Positions 1 to 8,554 of a DNA stretch of 41,368 bases are shown piece after piece; the stretch's first letter is position 1; the number at the start of each line of letters is the position of its first letter. This stretch comes from a virus. Taxonomy: Duplodnaviria; Heunggongvirae; Uroviricota; Caudoviricetes. A program made the translations under genes and the position numbers. The stretch is from the IMG/VR virus record IMGVR_UViG_2660238423_000035; one strand, 5' to 3'. The notes beneath the pieces were generated by a model. It worked only from the letters and a program-made list of their open reading frames with translations. It was not told where the DNA came from and did not search any database.

Positions 1-555
1 TCATTTATCTCCCACCGGAAACCTCTTATACAAAGTCGATATGCCAACATCATAGATGATCGCTACCTTCAGGCGAGGAACTCCTGATGCAATTAATCGC
101 CCGGCCTGCGCCCATTGTTCTGGTGTAAGTTTGGGACGACGTCCACCAATTCGTCCCTGTGCGCGAGCAGCCTCCAGTCCAGCTTTTGTTCGTTCAACAA
201 TCAGTTCTCGTTCCATTTCAGCCAGGGCCCCCATCACATGAAAGAAAAAACGCCCCATCGGTGTGCTGGTATCAATAGCATCCGTCAGGCTGCGAAAATT
301 AACGCCACGTTCGCGCAACTCCTCAACCAGAATGACCAGATGCCGCATACTACGCCCCAGCCGATCCAGCTTCCAGACAACCAGAGTGTCACCTGCCGAT
401 AATGTCCTGAGCAGTTTTTTCAGCCCCGGCCTTTCGGACTTTGTACCGCTTATCTTGTCTTCAAAAATCAGCTCGCATCCTGCACAGTTCAGCGCATTAC
501 GTTGTAGATCTGTGTTCTGGTCATTTGTTGACACACGTACATAGCCAATAAGCAT
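1..555 (-). CDS. Serine DNA invertase, Gin/Pin/Hin/Cin family (tail-fibre host-range switch)
   Basis: Translation from internal Met MLIGYVRVSTNDQNTDLQRNAL... (184 aa) is near-identical in pattern to Gin/Pin (catalytic Ser in YVRVST, C-terminal HTH); ORF track extends 12 codons upstream to 591. Confidence 0.9.
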   Translation of the reverse strand: MLIGYVRVSTNDQNTDLQRNALNCAGCELIFEDKISGTKSERPGLKKLLRTLSAGDTLVVWKLDRLGRSMRHLVILVEELRERGVNFRSLTDAIDTSTPMGRFFFHVMGALAEMERELIVERTKAGLEAARAQGRIGGRRPKLTPEQWAQAGRLIASGVPRLKVAIIYDVGISTLYKRFPVGDK

Positions 556-581
556 GGTAGATCTCCCTGACAAAAGCAGGA

Positions 582-1133
582 ATGATGCCATTTGCTCGTT
601 ATTTCTGCATTTTCATAAACGTTGGTTTAGGAGAAGGCTCAGCATTGCCTGTTGGCGTACCTGTTCCGTGGCCCTCAGCCACTCCGCCAACAGGCTGGCT
701 AAAATGCAACGGAGCAGCTTTTTCTGCTGAAGAATACCCGGAACTGGCAAAGGCTTACCCGACAAATAAATTGCCTGATTTACGTGGTGAGTTTATTCGT
801 GGCTGGGATGACGGACGTGGTATGGATACGGGGAGGGCAATATTATCAGCTCAGGGCGATGCCATACGTAATATCTATGGTGAGTTCAGAACTGTAAACA
901 CTGAAAATTATTCAATATGGGAAACAGTAGGCTCGTTTAAGGGGGCCATAGTGCCATTGAGTCCCTCTACAAACAATAGTTATTTCTCCTTAACCAGAAG
1001 TATGGTGACAGAAAGAGCAGACGGCGCTGTTTACCCAAAAGTGATTGGCCTTGATGCTTCAAGAATTGTTCCAACTGCAAACGAAAACCGTCCTCGTAAC
1101 ATTGCCTTTAATTATATCGTGAGGGCTGCCTGA
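582..1133 (+). CDS. Alternative tail-fibre C-terminal (receptor-binding) domain, currently in silent orientation with no constant N-terminus attached
   Basis: PVGVPVPWPSATPPTGWLKCNGAAFSAEEYPELAKAYP ... NIAFNYIVRAA matches the conserved C-terminal collar/tip motifs of enterobacterial side tail fibres; reading frame runs through the crossover site. Confidence 0.75.
   Translation: MMPFARYFCIFINVGLGEGSALPVGVPVPWPSATPPTGWLKCNGAAFSAEEYPELAKAYPTNKLPDLRGEFIRGWDDGRGMDTGRAILSAQGDAIRNIYGEFRTVNTENYSIWETVGSFKGAIVPLSPSTNNSYFSLTRSMVTERADGAVYPKVIGLDASRIVPTANENRPRNIAFNYIVRAA
610..635. other. Invertase crossover site (gix/pix-like), right end of invertible segment
   Basis: 26-bp sequence TTTTCATAAACG-TT-GGTTTAGGAGAA, imperfect inverted half-sites around a central dinucleotide as in gix/hix sites; inverted partner at 2221-2246. 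Confidence 0.7.
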
Positions 1134-1738
1134 TGAATAAAGCGGTATTAAATAACGAACTCATTGCTATAAAAGCGGGAGACATTACCATTTATAATTA
1201 TGATGGTGAAACGCGGGAATATATTTCCACATCAACTGAATATCTTGCTGTGGGTGTCGGTATCCCGGCATGTTCCTGTTTAGATGCTCCTGGCTCATAT
1301 AAAGCTGGTTATGCAATCTGCCGTTCTGCAGATTTTAACTCATGGGAATATGTGCCAGACCATCGCGGTGAAGTTGTCTATAACACCGAAACGGGAGAAT
1401 CAAAAGAAATCACAGCTCCGGGTGATTACCCTGAAAATACAACCACTATCGTCCCGTTAACGCCATACGATAAATGGGATGGTGAGAAATGGGTGACAGA
1501 TACTGAGGCACAGCATAATGCCGCAGTAGACGCGGCAGAAGCACAGCGCCAGTCACTGATTGATGCAGCAATGGCTTCCATCAGTCTGATTCAGCTGAAA
1601 TTACAGGCCAGACGTAAACTGACGCAGGCAGAAACAACCCGACTAAACGCTGTGCTGGATTACATTGACGCGGTGATGGCAACGGATACCAGCACCGCGC
1701 CGGTGGTTATCTGGCCAGTTCCTCCTGAGACGGTTTAA
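1133..1738 (+). CDS. Tail-fibre assembly protein (Tfa/Mu U-like), partner of the alternative fibre tip
   Basis: 201 aa; conserved Tfa C-terminus ...AEAQRQSLIDAAMASISLIQLKLQ...[17 protein letters not shown]; start overlaps stop of upstream fibre segment. Confidence 0.8.
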   Translation: MNKAVLNNELIAIKAGDITIYNYDGETREYISTSTEYLAVGVGIPACSCLDAPGSYKAGYAICRSADFNSWEYVPDHRGEVVYNTETGESKEITAPGDYPENTTTIVPLTPYDKWDGEKWVTDTEAQHNAAVDAAEAQRQSLIDAAMASISLIQLKLQARRKLTQAETTRLNAVLDYIDAVMATDTSTAPVVIWPVPPETV

Positions 1739-1928
1739 TCTCAATCAGAATGGGTTCGCCCTTCTCGTTAACAGATATTTCCATTCCTTCAGGGATTTCA
1801 GATGCAGTAAAAAACCAGTTATCTTCTGGTAATTCAACAGCCCCGGTCACGTCATGAAGACCGGGGATTACTTCAGTCAAAGTAACAGGATTAAACAGGC
1901 GCACAATAAACCCTCCAGGAAAAAGCAT
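1707..1928 (-). CDS. Small protein downstream of the currently expressed fibre tip; possible short tail-fibre assembly/chaperone protein
   Basis: 73-aa ORF inside the invertible segment, 3'-convergent and overlapping the alternative tfa; position equivalent to tfa in e14/Mu arrangements; weak resemblance to Tfa N-terminal region. Confidence 0.4.
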   Translation of the reverse strand: MLFPGGFIVRLFNPVTLTEVIPGLHDVTGAVELPEDNWFFTASEIPEGMEISVNEKGEPILIEIKPSQEELAR

Positions 1929-2571
1929 TTATTGATGGTGTTCCGTCGTACATCTGGCAGCGGACATAAAAACCGGTATTAGTGACCTGGTCATCCACGA
2001 TCATTGAAACGTGAACGTTATTAGATGTGCCCCCATAATCCGTTCCTATTCTTTCCGCTATGCTGATAAAACGTGAAAGCTTAGGTAGCGCAATAGGATA
2101 AACGACTTTAGCCAGTCCATTATTATTAGAACCACCCGTCCCAAAGACTTCTATTGCACCATCTGACCAGCGTATCCATGCACCATTGGCATTAGCTCCT
2201 CGCTGAATGACATATCTGGCTTCTCCCAAACCAAGGTTTTCGAGAGCCATTTTCACCGTGCCATCCGATTTGATATCGCCAAACGGATTCTTGCGGCTCA
2301 GGTATTCAACAGCAAACCCCGATCCCAGCAATTCAACAAAACCGGGCAGATCACCATTATCAAGCACATCCCGTTGCGTTTTATCACTTACAAACTGGGC
2401 CAGAGCTGCAGCAATAAAGCTGGCCTGCCGAATAACCTTATTGACTTGCGCACTGGAGGCTTTCCCTGCTGTAAATCCGGATAAAAGCGCAGGCAACGCT
2501 TCCCATTCCTCCTGCGACATAACATTGGCATTTTTACCCGTTGCGAATGCTTTAAAGTCATTTTTTGCCAT
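1891..2571 (-). CDS. Tail-fibre protein, current orientation (constant N-terminus plus 107-aa variable tip)
   Basis: Start MAKNDFKAF... coupled to upstream stop (TGATG overlap); crossover site lies within the gene at 2221-2246 (…[12 protein letters not shown]|ARYV…). Confidence 0.75.
   Translation of the reverse strand: MAKNDFKAFATGKNANVMSQEEWEALPALLSGFTAGKASSAQVNKVIRQASFIAAALAQFVSDKTQRDVLDNGDLPGFVELLGSGFAVEYLSRKNPFGDIKSDGTVKMALENLGLGEARYVIQRGANANGAWIRWSDGAIEVFGTGGSNNNGLAKVVYPIALPKLSRFISIAERIGTDYGGTSNNVHVSMIVDDQVTNTGFYVRCQMYDGTPSINAFSWRVYCAPV
2221..2246. other. Invertase crossover site (gix/pix-like), left end of invertible segment, inside tail-fibre gene
   Basis: TTCTCCCAAACC-AA-GGTTTTCGAGAG, inverted relative to the 610-635 site; encodes ...ENLGLGE... 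on the minus strand, while the 610-635 site encodes ...NVGLGE... on the plus strand. Confidence 0.7.
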
Positions 2572-3251
2572 CAGAGTAATACTCCCCATGCCCCTACATC
2601 AAAACCACTGATAAATTCGTTATCCATATCAAAACCAAAAAATTTTGAACCTTCCGATGGGGTTTCCACCGAAGGCGTTTCAATGCCACCCGCCCACACC
2701 CCAGCGGCTTTTACTGTGAGATATCCCTGTTTAATTGCAGCAATTAACTCACGCGATACATCTGAAATATCAGTATCAGGAAAGACCCAGACCGATATCG
2801 TCATGTCCTGGTTATCGACTATCTGCATTCGCAGCCCGGATCCTGCTGTTGCCGCGTCAAGAATTGCCGGAAGCGAATCATTCCGTCCGTCCCAGTTATT
2901 AATCGCAATCTTCGCTTTAAGGATGACACGATAAGTTTCATCGCTGAGGTACATGTATCCGGAATCAGGATCGTATGGTCCCTGCCATACACCCTGATCA
3001 TATCCAAGCCCGTCGGTATCCCAGCTGAAATAAACACCTGAGATAGGCTGGCTGACAACACGGCTACGTCCGATCCACAATCCCAGAATGTCAAGTTGCA
3101 CACCAACCGCAGAGTCAATATCAAATGCAGTAATCAGCCCTCTGGTGGCCGCCGCAACATCAATAAGCGGCCGGGTCATCAGATCAACATGTGCAAGAAA
3201 TTTAGGTTTGGTGGCGTGGTAGTTCGTGATTAGTTCGGTGTATTTGCTCAT
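2571..3251 (-). CDS. Tail protein, Mu gp48/YmfQ (DUF2313)-like
   Basis: 226 aa, located between baseplate J-like gene and tail fibre, as in Mu and e14. Confidence 0.65.
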   Translation of the reverse strand: MSKYTELITNYHATKPKFLAHVDLMTRPLIDVAAATRGLITAFDIDSAVGVQLDILGLWIGRSRVVSQPISGVYFSWDTDGLGYDQGVWQGPYDPDSGYMYLSDETYRVILKAKIAINNWDGRNDSLPAILDAATAGSGLRMQIVDNQDMTISVWVFPDTDISDVSRELIAAIKQGYLTVKAAGVWAGGIETPSVETPSEGSKFFGFDMDNEFISGFDVGAWGVLL

Positions 3252-4447
3252 GACTCCACCGTTATAACGATATTTTCCGGGGTACAGGACGCAGATTCGT
3301 TGTATCTGATATCAATGTTTGATGACGACAAAGCCCCCGGAGATTTCCCAATCGTCAGTTCCTGAATATCGTAATAGCGTGCATTCCCGCCACTCACCAC
3401 GCCAAGATTCGCCGGTGAGTAAATGCGACTTAAAAGGACCGAATCACCAATCATCAGACTATTGATATAGTCGGAAATAGCCTGCTGGATCTGCTGCCCT
3501 ATCTGTGAGGTATAACCCGTAAAAACTTTTAATTTAATCCGGGCATAAACAGGCACATCACTGGAACGCGAGAATTTGATTACATGGGGATTGCCGTATT
3601 TATCCGGAACCGTAACGGATGTTGTACCGTGAGTGGCTGTCCCCTGGCCTTTATTCCCTCTGATAGCCTGAGCAATATCCATCACATCACCGCCATCCAC
3701 AACTACAGCAACAGAGTGTGGCGGTAACCCGTTACCGTCCTCCGAACCAGTATCGTTTTCATAGAGTTTGTGGCGGGTTACACCGGTAACATTAGAAACA
3801 GCACCATCCAGTGCTTCAAATGGGGTTATTGATGGCAACGCAACACTTTGCGACTGGCGGATACGTAACTCCGCATCAGTTTCTGCCGGAGAGCCAACAG
3901 TAGCCGCAGCAGGATTAGTTACCGAAACCCAGCCACGGGTTGGCGTATTAATTTCAGTGATAGTTCCAGCCAGCGCCGCCACTGCACCACTGACGGAACA
4001 TGTTGCGGTCGCCATCACTGTACCATCCACGCCGACCACCACTGAAGCAGGCAAACGCCATATCACACTATTACTGTCTTTCACGCTGCCATTAATGATG
4101 GTTGTTCCGGCAGTTCCTGTAAGAAGCAAATCAACCGTAGAATTCGTCGCGCCTTTACGTGAAATACCATTTATTTTCACGTTACTGGTCAGTGCGGCCC
4201 CATAGCCGGTTGCCGGTGAAAAACAGTTGTAGACAGTTATCGCAGTATTATTGGCATCATGAATCGCCAGCGCCATCAGAGCCACCATCTGGCCGTCTTT
4301 ACTATCCGGTTCGAGGTAGGCATCACTGCCATAAATCTGCTGAAAATAGCTAATCAGGGTGCTGAGTATCGTCTGATAATCAGGCGCACTGATCCCCTCC
4401 GCGGTTACCTTTGCAGATAAACCGAGAGAATCAAGGTTCAGAGCCAT
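3248..4447 (-). CDS. Baseplate J-like protein (Mu gp47 family)
   Basis: 399 aa; position and size; start overlaps upstream stop. Confidence 0.7.
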   Translation of the reverse strand: MALNLDSLGLSAKVTAEGISAPDYQTILSTLISYFQQIYGSDAYLEPDSKDGQMVALMALAIHDANNTAITVYNCFSPATGYGAALTSNVKINGISRKGATNSTVDLLLTGTAGTTIINGSVKDSNSVIWRLPASVVVGVDGTVMATATCSVSGAVAALAGTITEINTPTRGWVSVTNPAAATVGSPAETDAELRIRQSQSVALPSITPFEALDGAVSNVTGVTRHKLYENDTGSEDGNGLPPHSVAVVVDGGDVMDIAQAIRGNKGQGTATHGTTSVTVPDKYGNPHVIKFSRSSDVPVYARIKLKVFTGYTSQIGQQIQQAISDYINSLMIGDSVLLSRIYSPANLGVVSGGNARYYDIQELTIGKSPGALSSSNIDIRYNESASCTPENIVITVES

Positions 4448-4800
4448 TACGCCTCCGATTTAACAGTCGTTATTCCATAGAGAGTGTCGATTTCAGCGGA
4501 AAACATGACACGTCGGGTCGTGGTATCCACCGTCGTATTGAAAGAGAGGATTGATTTAACGCCCCGCGTTTCGAGGATGCGCTTACGGATCGCCAGGTTG
4601 TAGGTTTCCGGCTTCTGCTTACCGAGCACAGACTGGATCCACGGGGTCCCTTCGGTGGTGTCGAGAAACCATTGCCCATACCACAATTCAAATCGCGTTT
4701 TTACCGCCTGCGCCACGGCCTCCGGTGAGTTAATCAGCCAGGTGTCATCACCGCTGCCAAAGGTGTAATCGCCATCGGCGTCTTCACGTCTGTATCGCAT
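4447..4800 (-). CDS. Baseplate protein (Mu gp46-like)
   Basis: 117 aa, between spike V-like and J-like genes, translationally coupled. Confidence 0.5.
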   Translation of the reverse strand: MRYRREDADGDYTFGSGDDTWLINSPEAVAQAVKTRFELWYGQWFLDTTEGTPWIQSVLGKQKPETYNLAIRKRILETRGVKSILSFNTTVDTTTRRVMFSAEIDTLYGITTVKSEA

Positions 4801-5552
4801 CAGTTTACTCCGTCGGTATTGCTTCCACCGCGCTGAACACCACCATGAGTGTGCGTATCATCGATTGGCTTGCCGTTAGCCTTCACGCTACCCAAAAACT
4901 CAACAGCACCAGTGATTTTTGAAGCCACACCAGAAACAACAGACCCCACCATGCCCCCCATCCAGGTTAACAGGCCATGAATGGTTACTTTCTCAGAAAA
5001 ATCAGCCAGGGGGGCAACCACATCAAGCCCCCCCGGAGCGACAATTTTAATTTTCCGGGTATCAGGATTAAGCTCAAAATAGGTGCTGCCGTCGTCACTA
5101 CGCAACTGTGTGGCACTGGTATTAATACCGCTAATCTTCCTTGCCTGCGACTGGGGACCGACAATACAAAACGCATCCGATAAATCATGCATTCGATCAT
5201 CGACCGACTCCTGTATCCCGCCACTCTGCCACCAGAAATCAATACAACGATCGGCAAAAATCACCAAACATTCATCACCGGCTTTAACTGGGAACGTTAG
5301 CGTGCATCCTCCGCCGCGCGGGAATACCACTGGCACATCCACCAGCAAGGGTAATATCGTCGACTGGTTGATTCCATTTGAGTCCGGCTCATAGCCTTTA
5401 ATCGCTGGTTGAACAACTACCGTTACCGTGTCCGGATCAAATGACTGGACGATGCCAGGCATAGAAACGCGCAGCGTCGACATGACAGAACCAGCAAGTC
5501 TTACATCGGCCTGTTCTTTGCTACCAAGTTGAGCGCTTAAAGAAACGGGCAT
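4800..5552 (-). CDS. Baseplate spike/assembly protein V (Mu gp45-like)
   Basis: 250 aa; motifs ...GIVQSFDP...PLLVDVPVVFP...GDECLVIFADR... typical of gpV family; GGAG RBS 8 nt upstream. Confidence 0.7.
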   Translation of the reverse strand: MPVSLSAQLGSKEQADVRLAGSVMSTLRVSMPGIVQSFDPDTVTVVVQPAIKGYEPDSNGINQSTILPLLVDVPVVFPRGGGCTLTFPVKAGDECLVIFADRCIDFWWQSGGIQESVDDRMHDLSDAFCIVGPQSQARKISGINTSATQLRSDDGSTYFELNPDTRKIKIVAPGGLDVVAPLADFSEKVTIHGLLTWMGGMVGSVVSGVASKITGAVEFLGSVKANGKPIDDTHTHGGVQRGGSNTDGVN

Positions 5553-5560
5553 TCATATGT

Positions 5561-5596
5561 CTCCAAAAAGCAAAAAACCCGCTCGAAGGCGGGTTT
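5561..5596 (-). terminator. Intrinsic terminator immediately after the 126-aa cargo gene
   Basis: Minus-strand hairpin AAACCCGC-CTTCGA-GCGGGTTT followed by TTTGCTTTTTGG; lies 25 nt after the stop at 5622 and abuts the RBS of gene V. Confidence 0.6.
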
Positions 5597-5621
5597 AATG
5601 TGGCTAATGTTCTTTCCATGG

Positions 5622-6002
5622 CTATGGAAGCAATTCAAAGACCGCTTTAGCATTCGCTATCGCTGTGGCTTTATCCGTGTTATTGATAGTCATGTGTAAC
5701 TTATAATCAGCCTTTGTTCTGAGCTGCTTTGACAAACTAAGTAACCCTGCAATTTCAAGCTGCGCATCATGACTTATTCCGTTATTTAAGTCACTGTACG
5801 CCCCATTATTCAGACCACTGATCAAACGGGCGTGTACACCGCCATTTACTTTGGGAAGCGGCAAATTCAAAGCAGTCACTTTTTCATTAACATGTAAATA
5901 GCTGGAATAATACGCCCTGCTAACAGCATTTCGATTAAGCATTTCATCAGAAACAGGTGCATCAGAAGCCATGGCAAGAAAATCCCTTGGTGTTACTGGC
6001 AT
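5622..6002 (-). CDS. Hypothetical protein (126 aa), cargo gene inside tail operon
   Basis: ORF with 10-nt overlap to upstream 266-aa ORF; no structural-protein features; lower GC than flanking tail genes by eye. Confidence 0.6.
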   Translation of the reverse strand: MPVTPRDFLAMASDAPVSDEMLNRNAVSRAYYSSYLHVNEKVTALNLPLPKVNGGVHARLISGLNNGAYSDLNNGISHDAQLEIAGLLSLSKQLRTKADYKLHMTINNTDKATAIANAKAVFELLP

Positions 6003-6793
6003 TGCAACATGTCCTCTTTATTATGAGCGACATAAACGCCTCCTACACTCCAGTCAGTTAATCCAGAACGCACGCGAGCTGAAATAAGCTCAACATTCAT
6101 GGCTGCGCATGTTGCTGCATCAGCATTGTTTACATACATTTCAAAAATAAGCTCTGGATCTTCACCGTCCTCAGTAACATCAAGCAGACGGACTGCAGAG
6201 TTCAGTTTTTGCACCAAATCCAGTTTTTCATACATCAAAGCTGAGATATTTTTAATCACATCCTCTTTGTTGTACCGACTGGCTATATTTGCATACTCCA
6301 GACTCCGCAACATATCTGACTCCCGGTCTTGCTCTATGAATTTCTCATACATTTCTGTACGCAAAAGGAACTCGCGCATTTCCAGAAAGCATGAAAAATC
6401 CGCAACTGAAGATGAATAGTAATATGCGTCACAAGCCAAAATTGGGCTACTGGTAGCATCGAATCCACGCTTAGCCACATTTAAAGCCTCGACTGCTCCA
6501 CTGCACCAGAACAAACCCAGATTATAGTTCCTCCATGCGACAGTATCTGTAGGTAGATATCTCAACATTTCTTCCGCATAATATTTACCGCGCTCGATAT
6601 CTCCTAGGGTGAAGTAGAAAAAGGATAATGCAGAGCATTTTAGCCCCGGGTCCTGAATCTCTTCGATCTGCTTAGCAGTTCGTTCTTTAACAAAAACGGT
6701 AATATCCTGCTCAAAACACAAGTAAGGTCGCAGGGTCATAACAACCCGATTAACTGTTTTAATATCCCTGGATTTTTGTGTTTTTGGTTGCAT
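5993..6793 (-). CDS. Hypothetical protein (266 aa), cargo gene inside tail operon
   Basis: ORF preceded by 89-bp gap; helical/repeat-like composition, no nucleotide-binding or catalytic motifs recognised. Confidence 0.6.
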   Translation of the reverse strand: MQPKTQKSRDIKTVNRVVMTLRPYLCFEQDITVFVKERTAKQIEEIQDPGLKCSALSFFYFTLGDIERGKYYAEEMLRYLPTDTVAWRNYNLGLFWCSGAVEALNVAKRGFDATSSPILACDAYYYSSSVADFSCFLEMREFLLRTEMYEKFIEQDRESDMLRSLEYANIASRYNKEDVIKNISALMYEKLDLVQKLNSAVRLLDVTEDGEDPELIFEMYVNNADAATCAAMNVELISARVRSGLTDWSVGGVYVAHNKEDMLQCQ

Positions 6794-6882
6794 GTTCGAC
6801 GCTAGCTTTCATCTTTGGTCTGGAAATGGTAATACCTACGCAGTTTAACACCAATTGTCTGGTTGTCTAAACAACGTCAAAC

Positions 6883-7218
6883 TCACTTCACCTTCCGGCA
6901 ATCATACGTCCAGAACTCCCGAGGGTCGTCCATATTTTTGCGGATAACTTCAACGTTGAGGATCGGCTTGCCATTTCTGGCCACAAAATCCATCCCTAAC
7001 CAACGCCCATTACCCGGAATCATCCATTGGATGTTCACATTGTCATAATCACCTTCCTGTTTGAGAAAGATGATTTTCTGTGTCTCCGGTTTCTGTCCAT
7101 TAATCCTTGCAAGTCCGTCTTGCGCTTTCCAGTTGATCGTAAATGGTCCGCAACCGGTATCAGCAAAGGAAATGAAGGAGATACAGACAAGTAAAACTGT
7201 CAACAATGGTCTTTTCAT
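6883..7218 (-). CDS. Small secreted/periplasmic protein (111 aa) with N-terminal signal peptide
   Basis: MKRPLLTVLLVCISFISFA hydrophobic signal followed by DTGC...; start overlaps stop of upstream tail gene (ATGA). Confidence 0.6.
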   Translation of the reverse strand: MKRPLLTVLLVCISFISFADTGCGPFTINWKAQDGLARINGQKPETQKIIFLKQEGDYDNVNIQWMIPGNGRWLGMDFVARNGKPILNVEVIRKNMDDPREFWTYDCRKVK

Positions 7219-8246
7219 GTGTATTTCGCCGCATCAATCCCTTTCGAGTTAAGCAATTCTTTGCCACCTTTAGCCAGGCAAAGCAGGTCCATATACCACG
7301 CCTGCCCTCGGGTGTCGCCAGTATAATCAATGCTGCCCACAATGTAATCACCGTCAGTATTAATACTGGCAGGCTGTGACATGCCTGGCAGACCGTTAAC
7401 GTAGAGATTACCGTCGCTTTCAGACTCATCCAGTCGTGCTGGCGATTTCGCTACCTGGTCATTACTCAAAGAGGCACGGTATACGGATGCCTGATCCAGA
7501 CGAATAAGTCCACCCAGCTTAATATTTGGATTAATCAGACATCTGACATTTACGCCAGCTCCCATCGTCTGCTGTGGCATACCGATAAGCCCGGTGTTAG
7601 CATTCAACACCGTAGCAACACCAATATATTTATCTTCAGGAACAATATTTACCAGATTATTTTCATACCACCAGTTAGCTTTACACTGCCCTGCGATATG
7701 ATTCATCAACCTTGATGTGTTTTGATAAACAACGCGGCCTCGGGGAAATACCGTTTCAGGCATGTCAGGAACTGCGCCGGATTCGATGCCATATGGTTCG
7801 AATGATTTCATACCCAGACTGAAAAGATCGCTGTACTTCCAGCCAGCTGCCACTGTGGTTTTCACACTTGCGTTCAGGTGGCCTTCCCAACTGTCAATAC
7901 ACTGCAATATGATCCAACTGTCTGTGGCATTATCTTTACCAGTGACAGTAAAACGGATATCTCCATTGAATATCATGCCAACGTTTTCATCAGGATAATT
8001 ACCTGCTGCATCCGGTTGCCCCTTGTATCCGGCAATAACCTGTATACGCGAAAACTCCTTCTGCATAATCCGGTTCTGAGTGGTAGGGGACAGGTTATAA
8101 ACCTTAAAATTCCCAACGAATCCATTAAATATGGTCGCAGGCATTTTCTGAATATTGAAAGTGACTTTAAGCTCAGAAATTTTTATCCCGTCGCCCTTAT
8201 CATCAACAAGCAATAATTCAAAGTGACGCATCCAGTTTTTCGACAT
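7215..8246 (-). CDS. Tail/baseplate hub protein (Mu gp44 / P2 gpD-like, putative)
   Basis: 343 aa from MSKNWMRHF... (start 2 nt after upstream stop); position between tape measure-distal genes and baseplate. Confidence 0.45.
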   Translation of the reverse strand: MSKNWMRHFELLLVDDKGDGIKISELKVTFNIQKMPATIFNGFVGNFKVYNLSPTTQNRIMQKEFSRIQVIAGYKGQPDAAGNYPDENVGMIFNGDIRFTVTGKDNATDSWIILQCIDSWEGHLNASVKTTVAAGWKYSDLFSLGMKSFEPYGIESGAVPDMPETVFPRGRVVYQNTSRLMNHIAGQCKANWWYENNLVNIVPEDKYIGVATVLNANTGLIGMPQQTMGAGVNVRCLINPNIKLGGLIRLDQASVYRASLSNDQVAKSPARLDESESDGNLYVNGLPGMSQPASINTDGDYIVGSIDYTGDTRGQAWYMDLLCLAKGGKELLNSKGIDAAKYT

Positions 8247-8248
8247 TG

Positions 8249-8551
8249 TTACTCCGTGAAAACATAGAGGTGTGAGAGCGTTCCAAGACCGAATTGCGTC
8301 GGACTCTCCTGCCCTGCCACGTCGCAAAGCACCACCAGAGAAAAACCCAGATCCATATATCGATACTGTGCCAGCAGGTCAGCCCCCGTAATCATCGGTA
8401 TACCTGATATAATGGCGGAACCATTGCTGTCAGCAAGATCCAGAACCCAGTACTCTCCTCGCCAGATGACAGACAGGTGATAAACCGAACCGTTAATTGT
8501 GGTGGCAAAAGTCTGATTGTCAGCAACCAGTGGGATTTCTACGGCTTTCAT
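8249..8551 (-). CDS. Tail protein (hypothetical)
   Basis: 100-aa ORF in tail operon, coupled to neighbours. Confidence 0.45.
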   Translation of the reverse strand: MKAVEIPLVADNQTFATTINGSVYHLSVIWRGEYWVLDLADSNGSAIISGIPMITGADLLAQYRYMDLGFSLVVLCDVAGQESPTQFGLGTLSHLYVFTE

Positions 8552-8554
8552 GAA

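Larger units (their letters stand above)
622..2234. other. Invertible DNA segment (about 1.6 kb) carrying two alternative tail-fibre C-termini and two alternative fibre-assembly genes
   Basis: Bounded by inverted 26-bp crossover sites; segment reverse-complement maps x to 2856-x, which keeps the alternative fibre C-terminus (codons phased at 624) in frame with the constant N-terminus (codons phased at 2232). Confidence 0.65.

Noticed and set aside
56-544. Three plus-strand ORFs (56-241, 115-402, 263-544) inside the invertase gene
   Set aside because: They lie antisense to a confidently identified Gin/Pin-family invertase and have low-complexity translations; treated as shadow ORFs. The same applies to the many antisense ORFs inside the tape measure, terminase, portal, primase and polymerase genes.
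5622-6002. Assigning the 126-aa cargo protein to the HEPN family
   Set aside because: The only motif found is R-x7-H, which is outside the canonical R-x4-6-H spacing, and no partner nucleotidyltransferase motif was seen in the neighbouring protein; left as unknown.
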